64,000 nucleotides of DNA from Sphyrna mokarran. Its lineage: Eukaryota. Each line of letters opens with the position of its first letter. Within the stretch, counting starts at the first letter, position 1. The translations under genes were made by a program, and so were the position numbers. Below the pieces are notes generated by a model. The model was not told the origin of the DNA, ran no database searches, and was given only the letters and a program-made list of their open reading frames with translations. Where the stretch lies: NCBI GenBank assembly GCA_024679065.1, contig JAGIQG010000017.1, forward strand, positions 22,878,001-22,942,000. The letters are read 5' to 3'. Of this stretch, positions 63,208 through 64,000 are shown piece by piece.

Positions 63208-64000
63208 ACACTACAGACAGTTACCAGCGGATCTGACCAAAGAACACACTCGTCAATTCAACACTCTGATCAAATCCTTTGATCCGGACCTTCAGAACAC
63301 CCTCCGGACTCTCATTCCACGTACTCCCTGCATTGGAGATCTCTACTGCCTCCCAAAGATACACAAGGCAAACGTACCCGGCTGTCCCATCGTATCGGGC
63401 AATGGGACCCTGTGTGAGAACCTCTCCGGCTATATCGAGGGCATCCTGAAACCCATTGTACAAAGAACCTCCAGCTTTTGTCTTGACACTACAGACTTCC
63501 TACAGAAACTCAACACGCATGGAGCAGTTGAACCAGGGACACTCCTTGTCACAATGGATGTCTCGGCGCTCTACACCAACATCCCCCACGACGATGGTAT
63601 TGCTGCAACTGCCTCAGTACTCGATGCCAACAACTGTCAGTTTCCGGATGCAATTTTACAACTCATCCGCTTCATCTTGGACCACAATGTCTTCACCTTC
63701 AACAATCAGCTTTTCATCCAGACACACGGAACATCCATGGGGACCAAATTCGCACCTCAGTATGCCAACATCTTCATGCACAGGTTCGAACAAGACTTCT
63801 TCACCACACGAGATCTCCAACCAAGGTTATACACTAGATACATTGATGACATCTTTTTCCTTTGGACTCATGGTGAACAATCATTGAAACAACTGTATGA
63901 TGATATCAACAAGTTCCATCCCACCATCAGACTCACCATGGACCATTCTCCAGAATCAGGTGCATTCTTGGACACGCATTTCCATCAAGGACGGTCACCT
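63208..64000 (+). mobile_element. Penelope-like element RT core, inverted relative to the adjacent GIY-YIG arm; runs off the window
   Basis: Manual translation: TMDVSALYTNIPH...GTSMGTKFAPQYANIFM...YTRYIDDIFFLW...AFLDT; YIDD at 63839-63850. Confidence 0.93.

Noticed and set aside
63456-63887. 143-aa Ser/Thr-rich ORF
   Set aside because: Off-frame reading of the Penelope RT, whose true frame carries YIDD.
41252-64000. DCLRE1A exon 2 (expected to begin ECPDG..C.S.IP.HYK, PBZ finger, long exon)
   Set aside because: No matching long plus-strand frame found; near matches at ~43420 and ~60541 do not translate to the motif. Probably beyond the window.
63990-64000. Window end coinciding with the residue where the inverted PLE arm begins, taken as proof of twin priming
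   Set aside because: The window boundary is arbitrary, so the coincidence is not evidence; kept only as one of two hypotheses.

Overview
Vertebrate genomic DNA, AT-rich and repeat-dense; the repeat families (HE1/V-SINE-like, Deu-type SINE, CR1 with (TTCTATG)n-like tails) suggest a shark or other cartilaginous fish (inference). It contains a head-to-head gene pair with only 290 bp between start codons. NHLRC2 (minus strand) is represented by coding exons 1-5 at 40390-40537, 28468-28620, 16306-16761, 13266-13387 and 10755-10884. All have GT-AG boundaries and splice in frame; exons 4 and 5 are missing from the supplied ORF track. DCLRE1A/SNM1A (plus strand) is represented by coding exon 1 at 40828-41251, including the UBZ finger; exon 2 was not found in the window. 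The introns hold many CR1 and L2 LINE fragments (including a very young CR1 subfamily), SINEs, PIF/Harbinger-like MITEs, two decayed Ty3/Gypsy elements (one with Gmr1-type domain order) and many Penelope-like element (PLE) derivatives. The most notable signal is about 11 minimal hammerhead-ribozyme-like motifs (CUGANGA-A-stem II-GAAA-palindromic stem III-UH) in two PLE-type repeat families. They show compensatory stem changes, and one copy (62041-62081, minus) is structurally intact. Several PLE copies are fold-back elements with a ~40-nt tail on only one arm, and two carry hammerheads on both strands. All repeat family names come from motif recognition, not database searches, and repeat boundaries are approximate.
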